DNA from: Mobula hypostoma
Taxonomy: Eukaryota
Assembly (NCBI RefSeq): GCF_963921235.1
Contig: NC_086097.1
Coordinates: 162,008,001 to 162,072,000 of the forward strand
Length of the DNA: 64,000 nucleotides
Direction of reading: 5' to 3'
The position numbers were made by a program, and so were the translations under genes. The notes beneath the pieces are model-generated. The model saw only the letters and a list, made by a program, of their open reading frames with translations. It searched no databases and was not told the DNA's origin. Shown one piece after another: positions 62,693 to 64,000 of this stretch (positions are counted from its first letter, which is position 1; the number at the start of each line of letters is the position of its first letter).

Positions 62693-64000
62693 ATAAGACA
62701 ATGAATGAAAGGCAGTGGAAAAATGTGTGCAGTGTCTTCACACTTGCCTTCCTTGGCTGAAAAGCAAAATATTGTGGATACCTCAAGTAAAACACACCAG
62801 GTCAGGCAGCGTCTATGGAAAGTGAGGGTTAATATTTCTTGTTAGTAATCCTTCATCAGTTATGTATTTCCAACATTTTCTGTTTTAGAATTCTTACTTG
62901 ATTCATTCCCTTTACTTCCTCTTTCCTTGCTGTTTTGTCGTATTCCATATCCTGAACCCAAAGTCATTTTAAAACTATTTTCTCTATTTTCCAGGCTGTT
63001 GAAATGCACCTCCATCAGTTAGTTCCTGCCTATGCTGTATGATCTCTGACTCACCATGCAATTCCTCTTTAGAACCCTGTGTCAGTACAGTCACATCTTT
63101 TAAAATGCTTGCCTTAAACCACGTTGTCTTTGCTTTCTGATTCTTCTTTCAAAAACTCCCACAGAATGTATCTCTGCAGTCTTTGGCTATTACTCCCAAG
63201 AATTTTTTTACTTTGAATTTGATATTCTTTTACTGAAATACTCTGGGACATCCTGTTACATTGAAAGGTTGTTGAATCACATCAAGTGACAGATACTCTT
63301 AGATTTGAGAGTATAAAATATACATACTTAGATGTATTTATATCAACTTTGAGATGTTGCAGAAGGTTTTTAAAGTGTTATGAAGACTTCCAAGCAACCT
63401 ATTTTTTAAAAGTTATGCTTTATTTTACTGCCATTTGTTCCAAGTGAAATACTTTCTTTTCCATAGTTAAAAGGCAGAGAGCCAGAAATTTTAATATGTA
63501 GGAAGTCAACAGAAATGAATTCAGGCCAAAGACCACCTTTGTTTTCCCTTGTGCTCTGTTGCTCAATAATAACCTTAGCCATATAGAGCCTTGACATTTT
63601 TATGTAAATCACAGGGGGAGTGGAGGAAAGGATTTTGTAATTTTTGAGGTTGTTTTGGTATACAGAGCTTATATGTTAAGCTTCTACCATTTAAACTTCA
63701 GTGTGTTTCAGACTTGGGTCAGTATTTTTTTAACTTTTTAAGCACTTATGCAACTTTTTTCTTATCACATCAGGGATCATCCCCCTACTTGCTGTCCTTC
63801 CCTTTTCTGAGAAGAAGGCTGTACTTGTGATTGGATGATGTCATCTTATTCTCCAGAAATGGGTTGGCATTCTGTCTGCAGTCGTCACTCTCTGTAATAG
63901 AGTTTAAGAGATGTTTTTTCAAAAGCGTGGGCTTCAGCTGTCTAAAAGGAAAAGGGTTGTTCATCTTTTAATCCCTTCCTTATGCTGTGTGTCTAAGTTG

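Noticed and set aside
25268..62694. Recurring short ORFs (MLVNAAGQAASLGRG..., MILSYPFC...) as a peptide gene family or CRISPR-like repeats
   Set aside because: They are translations of the Penelope terminal repeat on both strands; there is no spacer array or cas gene, and the context is eukaryotic.
62975..63030. Strong-looking 3' splice site ttttctctattttccag
   Set aside because: Immediate stop in the required phase, no FAK similarity and no good donor nearby.
51407..64000. PTK2 Tyr397 exon (ETDDYAEII...) and box 7
   Set aside because: No matching sequence found by eye; presumably downstream of the window.

Overview
Vertebrate genomic DNA, most likely a cartilaginous fish (inferred from the CR1/V-SINE/Rex/Penelope repeat families; not proven). 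It lies inside the PTK2 (focal adhesion kinase) gene on the + strand. Four constitutive FERM/linker exons (3251-3358, 13747-13864, 19675-19705, 34281-34333) splice in frame. They are followed by homologues of the neuronal alternative exons 'box 28' (49524-49604, here 27 codons) and 'box 6' (51389-51406, DEISGD); I did not find the next (Tyr397) exon in the window. The introns are packed with decayed transposons: four Tc1 copies, a pogo/Tigger derivative carrying a ~350-bp palindrome, hAT MITEs, L1, Tx1, CR1, Rex/Babar and RTE LINEs, and two solo LTRs. The most distinctive system is a Neptune-type Penelope-like element whose terminal repeat carries a minimal type-I hammerhead ribozyme (about 10 copies, one fully intact). 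It inserts as TSD-bounded inverted structures with one full end and one end ~30-35 nt shorter, ranging from 1.8 kb down to a 94-bp ribozyme-only insertion. Also notable are a three-level nest (Tc1 > L1 > solo LTR and a twin-primed Tx1), an ORF1-only L1, and a candidate poison micro-exon. Boundaries were read by eye; those of old repeats are approximate.
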